A stretch of 64,000 bases of DNA from Octopus vulgaris (GCA_951406725.2 OX597824.1:65410001-65474000), one strand, 5' to 3'. Shown: positions 26,621-41,307, numbered from the stretch's first letter. Program-made: numbers and translations. Notes: a model not told the origin generated them from the letters alone.

Positions 26621-27662
26621 ATATTTATTTATGTATGTGTGTGTGTATTTACATGTATTTAGTAGATGTCATTAAGTATTAGAAGATATATTCTATTATT
26701 ATGCATAAATATATCAGTAGAGTATCAGACAAATGCCTTGTGTTATTTATTCATGTCCCCTTATGTTGTGATTTGAAATTTTGCTGAAGTCTAATAGATT
26801 TTCATCCTTCCACTGATGAACAACATAAAACAAAAACATGTTTTTTTCTCTCTGTGGATGTAACTCTATATGCATATGACGGGTTTGTGTGTATACATAA
26901 ATGCACACATGCCACACACACACATGCATGTGTGCTCACATGTGAAGAATTACATGACATAACATAAATGATATATTATACATTACTTTTATATAAGAAA
27001 TAAATTTTTAGCTTTGCTTTTAAAAAATTTTCTTTAGGATAACCTAAATATTTACCATCACATGATTTATTTTGGATAACAGATATAATGATATAAACAG
27101 ATCTAAGTGAGAAAGTATTCAGGGTTTTGATGAGGCCAAAGTTAACTGTAATCCGATTACACAATTCTGCAGTTGTTAACTCTGCAAATTCTCTAGAAAC
27201 AACAACCTTGTAAATGTTTTCAAATAATGCTTGAAATATAGTCTTGTATAGAATACCCATTACATATAAATACATGCACACATGTATGCATGCCCACACA
27301 TAGAATATGTATGTATTTGTAATAACTTGTGATATGTACCCATATTGTATATTAATAATGAATGGTCAAGTTATTTATGGAATGCACCCAGCAGTAAATT
27401 TATAACTAATAAATAAATAGGTGCAGTTGAATTTTATAGATGTCTTTGAAATAAGTACAAGCTTGTTAAAAAGATCACTTCCTAGCCACATGTTTCAGGG
27501 TTCAGTTTTAGTACATGGCACTTTGGGTATCTTCTACTACAGCCCTGGGCCAACCTAAGTCCTGTGGATTTGGTAGATGGAAACTGGAAGAAGCTCATCA
27601 TATATGTGTATGCTTTTATATATATATATATATATATACATACATACATATGTATGTATGTA

Positions 27663-27717
<55 letters not shown>

Positions 27718-29409
27718 GTGTGTCATTGTGTTTGTCCCTTTGTCCCTCACCACTGCTCGACAACTGCTCATGGTTTATTTACATCTCAATAACTTAACAG
27801 TTCAGCAAAACAAGGCCAATAGAATAAGTATCAGGCTTGAAAAGAAAAAGTAGTGAAGTTGATTTGTTTGACTAAACCCTTCAAGGCAGTGCCTTGAAGA
27901 TAAAATGAGCCATCAGTATAATTTGATGAAATTTACTATTAAGAAGTTACAAACGATATCCAGAAGATGAAGCATATCTGGTTTTTAAACTGAAAGTACT
28001 GGAAACACATTAATTGAGATAAATTTGTTTGTAATGTGGAATAGAGCAATGTGATATTTTGGGCTTATCCAGTTGTATTAGAAGAAACAAAGAGCAAATG
28101 TTTCTCCCTAGATTCTGTTTTATTTATTTATTTACTTTATTATTTTTACTCTTGGTTTCTTTCTTTTTTCAAGTATAAAAAAATGGTAGTACTCCTGATA
28201 CCTTTTCAGGGTCTTTGAGACTGGATGGGAGGGAGAGAGAAGATATACTTAAACTAGATACTTGATCTAAATACTTACAATTTGAGTAGCCCTGCTAAAG
28301 TTATCCAAAGACCAGGTCGTGATATTAAACTGGGCAAGGAATTAAGTCTACCAACCAGATTGATTCCAGCAGAATTTGAACTCAGAATACAAAAAACAAA
28401 AGCTTCTCAATAATGCTTTAATGCTTTTGCAAGTCTGTCACTCTAAACTGGTACTTCTATTTATCATACCAGGAAAGATGAAAGGTAAAGTTGACCATGA
28501 TGGGATTTGGCTTAGAACACAAAGCATTTTGACTGATACTCTAATGACTGTTTAGCACTTAAGAGACTGAGCTGAGAAGATTAAGGTAAAGAAAAAACAA
28601 TAAAAGAAAAAGAAAACATTGTATGTTTGCTAAATCCTGAGAGGCCTTAAAAGGGCCAGTGGTTAGCTGTGGTTAATTAAATAAATGACAAATAAATCCC
28701 CCAATGTTCTACAGTGGTTGACAAATGATCTGGTACAACCTGGTGGGCAGAGATATGTCCAATTAAATACAATAATCAACAAATATTTTTAGGCCCTTTT
28801 ACCTACTAAAGTCTAGTTGGCCTTGAGGAACAGTTCTAATCAAAGCGATATTTTATGATCAGATGCTCTTCTTGTTGCTAACTCTTTGTGTTACCTCCTA
28901 TGACATGCAGGGCTATATGTGTCTTTCACATAAACAGATAAACAGAGTGTATGTAGAATTAAGCATTGTATCTGAATATACACTGAAAGATATACAGTGG
29001 ATTCAAGCTCAAGACTTATCAGTTAGTAATCTAACACCATAATCTAATCCACCATCTACTGTGGAGCAAAGTGCTTTAGCTCTAAGTACACAACCAAAAG
29101 TTATAGCAAGTTGTGAACTTAAGATATTGCAATAAGCAGTACAGCTCCTTAATCACACATCCTTTGAATTCTTTTGAAAGACTGAAATCTTTTAAAATGT
29201 ACAGTCTCTGAAACTTAATATTGTGTGAAATTAATATTTTAAAGGAGCTGATATTATGAAAACATAAGTAGGGAAACTATAATGATCCTTATGAACACTC
29301 TTGTTATTGAGCTATGGTGTCATCAATGAAAGCATAACTAGTGAATCAATGAGGGTGGGGGTTCTATCAAGCCAATAGGCTGGATAGGGAAGTTATTGAG
29401 TCAGTAATG

Positions 29410-29710
29410 TAACTTCTACAAGGTTGCTCAACCTGCTAGAAATAACAATTAAATCACCTTAAAAATCATACCCTATTGTCTTTGAAAAAAAATATGATAC
29501 ATGGATAATTTAGTCTTAGATAAATTATAGTCATCTATATCATCATAATTTAGTATGTGTTTTCCATGCTGGCATAGGTGTGATGGTTTGATAAGGGCTA
29601 CCAAGCCAGAGGACTGTGCCAATGGGAAAAAGGATGGCATGGTCATAGCTAGAGTGCTTTTGATTATAGGTCCACTCAGTCAGGTCTATCCAGGGCTTCA
29701 AGGACAGCAA
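29410..29710 (-). repeat. Unclassified dispersed repeat (copies near 8160-8320, 17000-17180, 17510-17710, 39470-39850, 58670-58780, 59455-59595, 61500-61700)
   Basis: Recurrent ctgctagaaatagcagccaaat...tcacaccct...gtcttaaaaa...ggataat...ggtcatggctggaatgcctttgatcataggtctgct block in both orientations. Confidence 0.65.
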
Positions 29711-30019
29711 CAATAGCAATTATTGTATTTACTTGTATAACATGAGAAATTCAATATTAAAGAAATCAGATTCAAAGACTGGAGGTGGGTAGTTAGCATT
29801 ATACTTGATTGTAGAAAAAAGACAAGAGAATAAAACATACCAATGGTTTTTAGGTACAAAATGTTACAGTTGCCTTAACTTCACAGTCATATAGTCAAGT
29901 AAATATAATACATTTTCATTGTCTTTTCTTTCTTTTTTTTTAACATATCTTGATCCAGCTTTGTTGTACCTTGTAAAGATAAACCCACCTATTCAAGTGC
30001 CATTATTATTGTCATCATT

Positions 30020-30220
30020 TAAAGTGGCAAGCTGGCAGAATAATTAGCACACTGGGTAAAATGCTTAGCAGTATTTTGTCTGTCTGCACATTCTGAATTC
30101 AAATTGTCTTTCATCCTTTTGGGATCAATAAATTTAGTAAGTAACAGTTAAGCAGTGTGTGTATGTGTGGGGGGGGCATGTAATAGACTTGCCCCCTCAC
30201 CTAAAATTTTAATAGAAAGT
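30020..30220 (+). mobile_element. SINE (GCCTTTCATCCTTT family), plus-strand copy; another at 46385-46600
   Basis: gtggcaagctggcagaat..ttagca..ctggg.aaaatgcttag...ttctga.ttca...ttcatccttt.gggg.tcaataaa. Confidence 0.8.
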
Positions 30221-30252
30221 ATTATTATTGTCATTATTTGTTTTTTGTTTAA

Positions 30253-30436
30253 CCCTTTAGCATTTTAAACCAGCCATATCTGACCAAAACATTCTACCTG
30301 TTTTATTGTTCAAACTGACCTAACTGAGCATTTCACAACTATCTACAATGTCATTCTAAAAGCAGACTGTCACATCTTCAAAACAATTTTATGACATAAG
30401 CATTACATTTGACAGAATAATCTGAATGCTAAAGGG
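30253..30436. mobile_element. piggyBac-type MITE
   Basis: TTAA-CCCTTTAGCATT ... AATGCTAAAGGG-TTAA: perfect 12-bp TIRs with TTAA target duplication. Confidence 0.85.
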
Positions 30437-31004
30437 TTAAATATCCATTTTCTATGCTGGGTTGGGTAGGTTTACAATATGTTTCTTCATTTTATATCAA
30501 TTCTGACTTCATTCCAAATGTTTCTTAGTCTCTATATTATAAATCTCCTTATACTATCAGCTCACATTTTACATGCCTAGCTTGTACCATCTTTTCACAT
30601 AATATCTCTCCATACCAGTGCTCTCTCTCCAATACATAGCTGAATCCTAGTAGCTTTCTCTACTCACATATGATCAATCTTTCTCATAAATCAATATTGT
30701 ATATCTAAAGAATCTTATTCAGTTCATTTTTTTAGCCATTTTATTTCTTCTTTGCTTATATCCCTATATTTCACTGCCATACACCACAGATTTTATATAC
30801 ACCAAATGAAATTTGTATAGAGACAGAAGTCCATTTTTGCTTACAGAACTAACAGTTTAGTAAACCTTTACAACCTTTTAATACAGTAGCCATTATTGTT
30901 ATTCCAAATCTTGCTGAGGTCATCTTTGCCATCTTCTTCCTCTTGCTTGCATGCGTGTGTGCACGCACACACACACACACACACACACACTCTCTCTCTC
31001 TCTC

Positions 31005-31047
<43 letters not shown>

Positions 31048-31301
31048 ATTATTTATACTGCAATTTGAGAGGGCCATGGGAAACCACTCGCATTGTCTAT
31101 GATACCAATAAAGATAGAAGGTCCTAACTGACAGTTAAAAATCCCCAGAGACCTTGGAAGAGCCATCTGTATTCCAAGAATTTGGTGGTTGCAGATGATG
31201 ATTTATAAATAAATTTTCAAGTTCACAATCCCTTAGGGATTAACTTTGTTGACCATCTCTCAGAATTTTCTGGATTTAAGCATCTACAAAAAAAAAAAAG
31301 T

Positions 31302-31364
<63 letters not shown>

Positions 31365-32916
31365 AGATGGAGTTATAAATAAAGGAGCTTATGTTTGGGA
31401 TGAAAACAATATTTTATCTACATGATCAACTCTGAACTACCATCATTTACTTGTCATCATCTGCATCAAGAACTGTAATCAGTTATGACAAATACAATTG
31501 TAAACATTCTCACAACAATAACATCAACATTTCTTCTTATCACCAAAGCCTCTATCACTACCCAATGGCATTGATACACTGAAAAGCTATTTGCCTTTAC
31601 AAATTAATATTCTCTCTAATATTTTACTACTGCACCAATAATAAAACAAGCATCAGTGTGCAACAATAACAGAAAACATGCTTACAAAAACATTACAAAC
31701 AACAACAACAACAACAGTAACAGGAGACGTTCTGCTGCATTCCTTAATCATTTGCATCAATACTTGAAGCTAATATTTTTCAGACAATTCTTTCTTCTTT
31801 CTGCTCCCTTTAGTAAAGCCTAATTATTACTGTCCATTGTTTCCAATGACAACACTCCCACATTTGTTTGTTTGTGTGTGTATGTGCATGTGTGTGTGTG
31901 TGTGTGGTCTGTGTCTCAAAATCAATCTAGAGACCAATCAATAATTTGAGACATTTCTTGCCAGTCAGTGTTGCTATGAGCTGTTCACTCACCAACAGAA
32001 GCAACTTCCTCTTCACAAACATCACCAAGTATTAAAAACATCATCTGTTGATACAGGCATACATTTTTATTGACTAGTGGATGACTGTGGAAGTGTGTGT
32101 GTGTGTTTGAGATAGAGATAGAGAGATAGGTGGGGAGATAACTCTGAAATTTGGCTGTCATAAATTAAGAATATGTGTATGGATGATAAAGTGAGTAGTC
32201 ACCTTAAATTTATGCTATAAACTTCCACCATATATTTATTAAACCAATGAGAAAGGGAGCCTCTACCGGATCACTCCATCAGCTGGAAGCAGGAGCCAGT
32301 TCTTCCTCAAATTGTCTCTGAACATATTTAAAAAAGAAATGACATATTGGATAATGATTTTGGGTTCCTTGCACATAGGATAAAGACATGATGGCCGTGG
32401 TTGGAATTCTTTTGATCATATGACATGAGGCTAAACAACAGCTATATATTTCATAAGAAAACAAAACACCAGTGATTTTATTTATCTATTTATTCATTTG
32501 TTTTTAGGGATATATGGGCAGTTGTTGTTTAGCCCCTTGTCAACTCTTATTGAGCACACCTATGGCCAAAGGCCTTTAAGTCATAACTATCTCTTCTTTT
32601 TGAAAATTTCTAAGTTACACAAATGAAATGCATACATGGTTGCTAATAAACAATTGGCAAACAAACTCCCAATTACTTATATGCATGCATAGTTTACTCA
32701 TGCTGTGTGTATATGTTGTCCCTTTTTGTGGTTTTGTTGTTCAAATTTCATCTCATTAAGCAAATGAGTTCCTTATCACTTCTACATGCTCATAGTCTGA
32801 TTGCAATTCATTGATTGAATTACAGCTTGTAATGTGACTTCAATTTTCTTTTGAGAAAAAACCATTTGTTATTCAATTTGTTTGTTTAGAGAATCATTTG
32901 TTTATGGGCACTGCAA

Positions 32917-32949
<33 letters not shown>

Positions 32950-33073
32950 GTAAAACAGACTCTTAAACACTTCTTACAACAAAGTTGTACTGAGTAGTTT
33001 TATATTTTTGCACTACAAAAAAACAGACATATATATTTATTTTTATATGTGAACCCTTTTTGTTTCATTTCAG

Positions 33074-33278
33074 TTTCAGCACTTTGGAAAAGAATGGTTT
33101 ACTCTTCTACAACAGCCGATTCAATGACGAGCATGATTTCATTGCTCTGGAAATAGTAAATAGCAAAGTGCAGTTTTCCTTCTCTCTTGGTGCTAACAAA
33201 ACATCCGTGATGGCAGAAATTGATGGTGGTGTAAGTGATGGCAAATGGCATGAAGTGACTGTGGAGTACCACAATAGG
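33074..33278 (+). CDS. CELSR: CELSR exon, LamG1 (FSTLEKNGLLFYNSRFNDEHDF...DGKWHEVTVEYHNR)
   Basis: Acceptor tttcatttcag, donor gtcagt; phase 2 start, phase 0 end; laminin-G motifs. Confidence 0.93.
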
Positions 33279-33319
33279 GTCAGTATTATTGCTAGTGTTT
33301 GTCACTCATGCTTCTCTTT

Positions 33320-33384
<65 letters not shown>

Positions 33385-33447
33385 TGTGTGTACCTACATG
33401 CATATACACAAACACAATTTGGCTTTGAATATGTATGATTGTGTCTG

Positions 33448-33499
<52 letters not shown>

Positions 33500-33507
33500 T
33501 ATCTGAA

Positions 33508-33839
33508 GGCACATAGCTCAGTGGTTAGAGTGTCGAGCTTACGATTGTGAGGTTGTGAGCTTGAATCCCGGACCAGGCTGCGTGTTGTGTTCTTGAGCAA
33601 GACACTTTATTTCACATTGCTCCAGTTCACTCAGCTGTAGAAATGAGTTGCAACGTCACAGGTGCCAAGCTGTATCAGCCATTGCCTTTCCCTTGGATAA
33701 CACTGGTGGCATGCAGAGGGGAGGCCGGTATGCATGGATGGCTGTTGGTCTTCCATAAACAACCTTGCCCGGACTTGTGCCTGGGAGAATAACTTTCTAG
33801 GTGCAATCCCATGGTGTGTGTTGTGACCAAAGGGGGTCT
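33508..33839 (+). mobile_element. tRNA-derived SINE, full length
   Basis: A box TAGCTCAGTGG, B box-like GCTTGAATCC, CORE-like gttgtgttcttgagcaagacacttt; second copy at 2865-3190. Confidence 0.88.
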
Positions 33840-33914
33840 CAGAATATTTATTTATATATATATATGGTTGGAAAGAAAGTCCTGTTGCATTTCAAGATGG
33901 GAAAGAAACAAATG

Positions 33915-34770
33915 TTTCTTTGGCAGAAGCACAAGGGCAATAACACTGAAGATGTACAGAAAACAGATTCCATCACATGCCAGGAGGAAAAGCTAAAAGT
34001 AGTTGATAACTTCCATTACCTAGGTAACCAAATCAATTGTGGGGGTGAATGCTCTGAGAGCATAGCTACTAGAATAAGAATAGCCTGAACAAAGTTCAGG
34101 GAGCTCCTACCTCTGCTGGTAACAAAGGGCCTTTTGCTCAGAGTGAAAGATTGACTGTATGATGCATTTTTGCAAACAGCTATGCTACACGGCAGTGAAA
34201 CATGGGCTGTGACTGCTGAGGACATGTGTAAGCTTGAAAGAAATGCTCCACTGGATGTCTAATGTCAGTGTGCATATACAACAGAGAAAAGTTAGACATA
34301 TGAAGCATCAGATGTGGTGTATAAAAGAGATGACTGTGCTGGTATGGTCATGTGTTGCATATGGATGAGGAGAGCTGTGTGAAGAAGTGTCACACCCTAA
34401 CAGTGGAAGGATCCTGTGGAAGAGGTCAACACAGGAAGACATGGGATGAGGTGGTGAAGCACGACCTTCAAACGTTGGGCCTCACAGAGGCAATGCCAGT
34501 GCCACCTGACTGGCTCCCATGCTGGTGGTATGAAAAAACACCATTCAAGTGTGTTTGATGCCAGTGCTACCTGACTGGCCCCCATATCAGTGGTACATAA
34601 AAAGCACCCACTACATTCTCGAAGTGGTTGGTGTTAGGAAGGGCAGCCAGCTGTAGAAACCTTGCCATATCAGATTAGAACCTGGTCCTGCCTCCTGGCT
34701 TGCCAGTCCTCAGTCAAACTGTCCAACCCATGCCAGCATGGAAAACAGACATTAAACAATGAAGATGAAT
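33915..34770 (+). mobile_element. Decayed 3' fragment of RTE LINE with tail
   Basis: EEKLKVVDNFHYLG...CSESIATRIRIA and LTVEG..GRG..RKTWDEVVKHDL, homologous to the ORF at 50987-53824; ends in cagacattaaacaatgaagatg. Confidence 0.9.
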
Positions 34771-34799
34771 AAAGCTAATTCTCCCCTTGTTATTGATAA

Positions 34800-35740
34800 C
34801 ATAAGCTCATCTTTTTGGCAAATTATTGATCCTTAAGTTATAAAATTGTTGTCAAACCAAAGAAGCACTCAATATGATTTTAAATATTGTCATAATTAAT
34901 AGATTGTTTTTCTTCTAAATATGTTGTAATGATCTGAAAAGTTGATAGATGGAGCAAGATCAGGAGAATAAGGTGAATGAGGAAAGATATCCATATTTAG
35001 TGCCATAATCTGTTCCTGGGTGATTTGGTCAATATATGATCTTGTATTATCATGTAAGAGCAACACACCCTTATGACTGACCAATGATGGGTGTTTGTTC
35101 TGAAAATTTTGTGCAATACTTCCAATTGATGGTAGTACTTCTCTCCATTAAGTGTTTTGTTTTAGCTTAACACTTCATGGTAGACAACATCCTTCATGTC
35201 CCAACAAACACAGAAGAAACTTTTTGGGGTGTAGTCCTGATTTGGTGATGGATTCCCCCTTTCCATTGAGTGATAACCATTGTCATTTTTGTTGGAAATA
35301 ATCATACACAGAACCCACTTTTCATCACTTGTGATGATTCTACCCAAGAAAGTTTTGATAGCAAGTCTACTCTTCATTGACAAGCAGAGGGCAACTCTTT
35401 GATCATGCTGTGAAGCAGTCAAATGATGATGTATCCACTGACCAAGTTTAGACATTTTTTTCTAGTTCATGAACATGTTTTATGATTGAAGTGTGACTTG
35501 AATTGAACTGTTCTGTTAATTTTCATGCAGTCTGATTGAGGTTTTATTAACTACAGTTTTTATAAATTCAATATTGACAGAACTTAGTCTTCTAGATTGG
35601 GGAGAAAATTTTCTTGGTTGAAACTGGTCAAACCATCATTGGTATGTCCAGTCACTTAAAGCCTCATTTCCATAGATAAAACAAATATTTCTCACTGCTA
35701 TCATTGCTGAAGGGCTCCTTCAGAATTCATACAGCATGCA
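34800..35740 (-). mobile_element. Decayed mariner (DD34D) transposon
   Basis: IITSDEKWV, CVCWDMKDVVYHEVL, LLHDN and PHSPYSPDLAPS motifs with 34-residue spacing; frameshifted. Confidence 0.85.
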
Positions 35741-36193
35741 GAATATATAGATGGCTTTAAAATAGGTACATGCAGAATTTAATATAATTTAAATGGTAGC
35801 CTCTCAAGTCTGAGACAGAAAAATTCTGCAATTTCTTGATGGACAACCTGCACAGATGATTTGTTTATTGTGATCAAATTAAACCAACATTGCCAGTACA
35901 AGTGCATGGTGTTGCACACATCAGATGTTGAAGTGATTGCAGAACAATGTAGTGTTTTGTTCAAGAACAATGCACCACCCTGGAATTGAATCCACAATTT
36001 TGCAATCATGAATCCACTAGGCTACTCTCACTTCAGAATAATACATTAAGAATCCATGGCTGAAAAGGTTACTTTATATCCATTTGGAAGGCTTTTTTTT
36101 TATCGTTTCTTTTATCATGAAATAATAATTGTAAAACACAAAATATCAAGACAAGATAAACAATGTGTGTTGTAATTTTACTATTTCTTTCAG

Positions 36194-36306
36194 ACGGCAA
36201 CCTTATCTTTGGGTAGGGACTGCGATTTAGGCGTGGCCATCCACTACCGACATCTTTTTGACAACTACAAATGTGCTAATCGAGTCACTATGATTCTGGA
36301 AGACAA
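36194..36306 (+). CDS. CELSR: CELSR exon, LamG1 continuation (TATLSLGRDCDLGVAIHYRHLFDNYKCANRVTMILED)
   Basis: Acceptor tttctttcag, donor gtaagt; phase 0 to 2. Not in the ORF track; resembles the invertebrate flamingo TATLSLDNCD...CANR segment. Confidence 0.9.
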
Positions 36307-36592
36307 GTAAGTTTTTTTCTGCTCATCAAACTTATTGTTATATTTTGTTGTTGTTGCTTGATAACATTAGTGAAGATTAATTAAAAAGATCTGTAGCTCA
36401 GACAAAAAATTGTCATTTGAACCCTTGATGCCTGTGTCTACTTGTATTACATGATATATAAAACGTTTAGTGACAGTATGTATGTATGTGTGTGTGCGTG
36501 TGTGTGTGCGTGCGCGCATGCGTGCGTGCATGCATGCATGTGATAGCTAGCTAGATAAATATATGTATACATATGTATATGTATGAGTGTGC

Positions 36593-37330
36593 ATCATCAT
36601 CATAATAACGTCCACTCTTTCATGCTTGCATGGGTCCGATGGAATTTATTGAGGCAGATTTTATATAGTCAGATGCCCTTTCTGTTTCCAACCCTCATCT
36701 GTTTCTAAGCATAGTAATAATCCCCTAGTCTACTGAACAATAAACATAGTGATGCAGTGAATTTTGGTCTATAGCTCCCAGTGGATTGTCCAGTGGAAAA
36801 TCCTGTCTGTTCTCTATTTTATAAATTTCTATCTCACCCTTTCTCTTCTTTTCATTTGTGCCAACTTGAACTTCACTGAATCTATCACAGACTAAGAGCT
36901 CTTTCAGTTTCCAGATTAACTGCAGTTTCTGAGTCTGTTTATTTCTTATTCTGAAGTCACTAATCACTAATTTGTATTCATTAATGAAAGATGTAGCATT
37001 CACAACCATTTATCTATCATGCTTCCTGTAGAGTATAAAATCAATCTGGTTTGTGTGCTTGCCTTATCAGTAGGCAATCAAATGGCTGATCAGTTTTTTT
37101 GAAGTTAGCGTTGTAAATAGCTCATTTGTATTGCACAATTGGAAGAGCCTTCATCCCTTCTCATTCCTTGTACCATATTTGAATGCTTCCAAGCATACCA
37201 GAGAAGCCGTCGGGATGCTGACCAATATGTCCATTAAAGTCATCCATAATAATGAAGTCACTGTTATTCATTATTAAAGTAGTCTGTTAGAGGGTTTCAC
37301 ACAAGCAGTCCTTCTGTTCATATGCCAGTC
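36593..37330 (-). mobile_element. Internally deleted RTE: endonuclease remnant joined to a 3' tail
   Basis: DFNGHIG, QIDFIL and KLVISDFRIR remnants at 36730-37330 abut an RTE-type tail ending in (GAT)n at 36593. Confidence 0.65.
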
Positions 37331-37959
37331 ATGAATGTGGTGCATCTTGACAATGTTCTCTAACTTTCCTTCCATCATGCTGACATTGATGGTGACGGTG
37401 CTAAAGCTTGAGAGCTAACAGGAAAGAAGACGGTTACCATGGAGTGAATTGATACATATCTGTTTTCTGCATCTAGTGACATTTGAAGGCTTCTCGTGCA
37501 CAATTAGTTGTTTCCACATTTAATTAACTTGCTCTATTTTATCTCATTTACCAGTGAACTGCTATCAATAATTATTAACCTACTCAATGAAAACCCTTTA
37601 TTTGTTATATTTGTAACTTATATTTGAAAGTGGTTAGAAATAAGGCTTGTACAAGTTGTCAAGGGAGCATATCTTGATAAGCTTTATGGGAATTGGAAGT
37701 AGGGATTAGGGTCAGGGCACATATAAATTGTCTATAGTTTGCTGTGCCTAAGTAATTTAATGAAGCAAATCAAAATGACTGATTCTTAGCTCAGCATCTC
37801 CATATCTTTCTTATATGTGATAAATGAGTTTCTGTTGTAGTTATGCAGTTACAGAACTAATGAGATTGCACATTGGTTTATATGGACCATTATATAAATG
37901 TTAGGTTGAACAAATATATATTTCATATGTGTATGTGTGTTGGTGCGTCTGTATGTTCG

Positions 37960-38315
37960 GGTGCAGATAAATAGAGATCTCTCCGTGGAAATGAATGCCT
38001 GCAGCAGCGTTCCCCAGGGGTCGGTGCTGGGACCAATATTTTTCCTTCTTTATATCAACGACCTGCCAGATTTTCTTGCTGGAAGAGTCCTCCTATTTGC
38101 AGATGACATCTTGGGCAGAAGAATGGGATCTGCCCTTGAATGCCTCAAAATGCTAATATGTTCACCTCCAAACTCTCCCTTGACTATTGGCCCCAAACAC
38201 CAACATCTTAAGATGGTCACTGAAGAAAAGGAAGTTGGGATAATGATTGATACTACTTTCAAACCAACACGGCAGTGTATCGAGGCAGCGAACAAAGCCA
38301 GAAGGAATCAATAGA
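37960..38315 (+). pseudogene. CR1-type LINE reverse transcriptase fragment
   Basis: SSVPQGSVLGPIFFLLYINDLP...LLFADD and EKEVGIMID..FKPTRQCIEAANKARR. Confidence 0.85.
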
Positions 38316-40913
38316 TGTCTTTCGGCCTTTATATGTCATTGCCAGAACTGCCTGACTGGACTTCGTGCCGGTGGCGCTACACTCTCAGAGTGGTTGGTGT
38401 TAGGAAGGGCATCCAGCTGTAGAAACTTTGCCAAATAAGATTGGAGCTTGGTGCAGCCATCTGGTTCACCAGTCCTCAAACAAATTGTCCAACCCATGCC
38501 AGCATGGAAAGCAGACATTAAACGATGATGATGATGATGATCTATGTATATATATATATATATATATGTAAATAAATCAAAGTATACAGTATTATAGATC
38601 CATTATACCCGATCTTACCAATTGGTTTTGCACTGGATATTAGATAACAGAACAGCTAAATTATATATTTGTATATGTATATATATTTGTATATATTATA
38701 TATGTATATGTATAAATATATATATATATGTATGTATGTTTACTTATGTGTATATATATATATGTATATGTATTATATACACACATGCACACATTTACAC
38801 ACACATACACATATTTTTATGTCTATGTGTGAGAGTGTATGTGTGTATAAATATGTATGTGTTTATATATATATATAGATATAGATATAGATAAATAGAT
38901 AGATAGATACACACACACACACACACACATACACACACTCACTCACACATATACATGCACAGATAAATAGATATCACTGTAGTGAGTTTTCTGAAGTGTA
39001 TTGTGAATGATCTCATCTGCTTCACTGTAATGGAATGTGCATCACTGTAGCTCACTATAGTAATAAATCAATATGCTGCTGGCTACCCAGCTTCTAATGT
39101 TTGTTATTGATTATTTTACACTGATTGATTGTAATGGTTTGTCGATGAAAGCACTTCCTATTCCAACCATTTCACTCTGATGAAATGACTTGTGTCTGTA
39201 TTTGTGGAGTTTCTGTCCGTGTCTGAGTATGAATATGTGTGTATGTGTGTACTTACTTCTCTGTTAGTTTATATTACATGTATATATGTAGTCTGTGTGT
39301 GAGTATGCCTGTGTATTTGTGTGTTGTTGCCTTATCCAGAATATATCTTGTGTCATCAATATTCATTGATATTATTATTATCATACATATAGTAGCAAGT
39401 TGGACAAAGATAGTTGCAGATACTGCTGCTGCTGCTGTTGTTTTTGTTGTTGTTGTTGTTGTTGTTGTTAGTGTATAGCCCCAGGCCAGCTCTGATTGAG
39501 TAGAAATCTTTGCAACAGAGGCTTTGTCTAAATAACTAGGTGCAACCTGCACATCCATTGTTCCATACACACCATGCTTCTGTCTAGCTGAGGATCACAT
39601 TGCAGACACTGACATACAATGGCTAATAGCTTTAAAGATGGCTGTTGTTGCTATTGTTGCTGTTGCTTAGCTCAAATAGATCTGTGATCAAAAGCATTCC
39701 AGCCATGATCATCCCATCTTTTCATTAGACAATCCATCTAGGATTACATTATCCAAAATGCACTTCCTTTTTTAAGACAGTAACGTGTAATTTGTGGGGG
39801 ATTTTGTTGCTATTTCTAACAGGTTAATCAGTGATGTAGAGGAGACTTCTTGGCTTCTAATGAAGTTGGCTGTCTTTGCTGTGTGTGGTTTAGAAATTTC
39901 ACATTTCCGACTTGATATCCTAATCAGTTTGTTATCATTGTGTGATAAAACATTTATTGGTACTTATTGACTCTGTGGTCAATAAGTGCCAATAATATAT
40001 TGGGATTGCATGAATCAAATTTACCTCCTTCCCTTTCCAACAAAATCAGCTTTTGTACCTACTCTTCTAATGTATCTCTATATGTATTTGTCTTTATTTT
40101 GTGCCTTTTTCTCTGTGTAAGACAGTGTACACACAGACACATATATACACATATACCCATACTCCTATATTCTGTTCACATGTGTATGTAACTATGTATT
40201 GTCTGTGGTTCTGTGTTTGTTTTCTCAATACTACTTTGTATTTTCTCTGTATTGATTGCTATTATTTTTCATTTTCCCTATCTAAATGTTTAAATTTTCC
40301 TCACATGTATGTATGTATCTATGTAATTGTGTATGTGTGTGTGTGTAACTCATTTTTGTGTGTTATGTAATTACTTATTTATCTATTGTTGGTTTTGTAT
40401 CTCTGCTTGTTCATATTTTGTAACATATACTTTGTATGACATTGCATATATAGTATGCAGAGTATATATCAATATTTATGAATCATTCTAGGAAGTAAGT
40501 GTGAAACAAACTGGAATTGGTGAAATTTAATTCACATTGCCACTACTCAAAGTCCCATATTATTTATATATATATATATGTTATACACACACATAATGTC
40601 AAGGGTCTCCAGGAGTTGTGGTAATTTGTGGTACGTGAGAAGTAAGATCATTGTCATCCATCCATTTGGGCTTGTCCTTTACAGGTGCCAGTGCTATGTA
40701 AAATGCACTCATGCTGGTGCTTTCTAAATGCACTTGTGCCAGTGGCATGTAAAAGGCACCCACCACATTCTGTAAAGTGATTGGCATTAGGTAGGGCATC
40801 CGGCTGTAGAAACCATGCCACAACAGACAATTTGGAGTCTGGACAGCTCCCTGGATGGCCAGCTCCAGTCAAACCATCCAACCCATGTCAGCATGGAAAA
40901 TGGATCATGATGT

Positions 40914-40966
<53 letters not shown>

Positions 40967-41273
40967 GTGCAGGCATGTGTGTGTGGTTGAGAAATTTGCT
41001 TCCCAACCACATCTATCTGTGTGTGTGTGTGTGTGTATGTGTGTATTCTGTCATAGTTGTAAGCTAAGCCATATGCCTCTACATATATATGCGTGTATCC
41101 GTGTGTGTATGTTGTTAGTAACATACAAAGAATGAATGATCAACACCACATGGGTAGATGAATTATTTCTTTTAATAGTAGAGTGCTGTTAATACAATAC
41201 CAGTCACTTCATGCAAATAGCTACACAATTATTCAGTCGCAGCTGGAATGATATGCCAAGTCAGCTATCTTGG

Positions 41274-41307
<34 letters not shown>

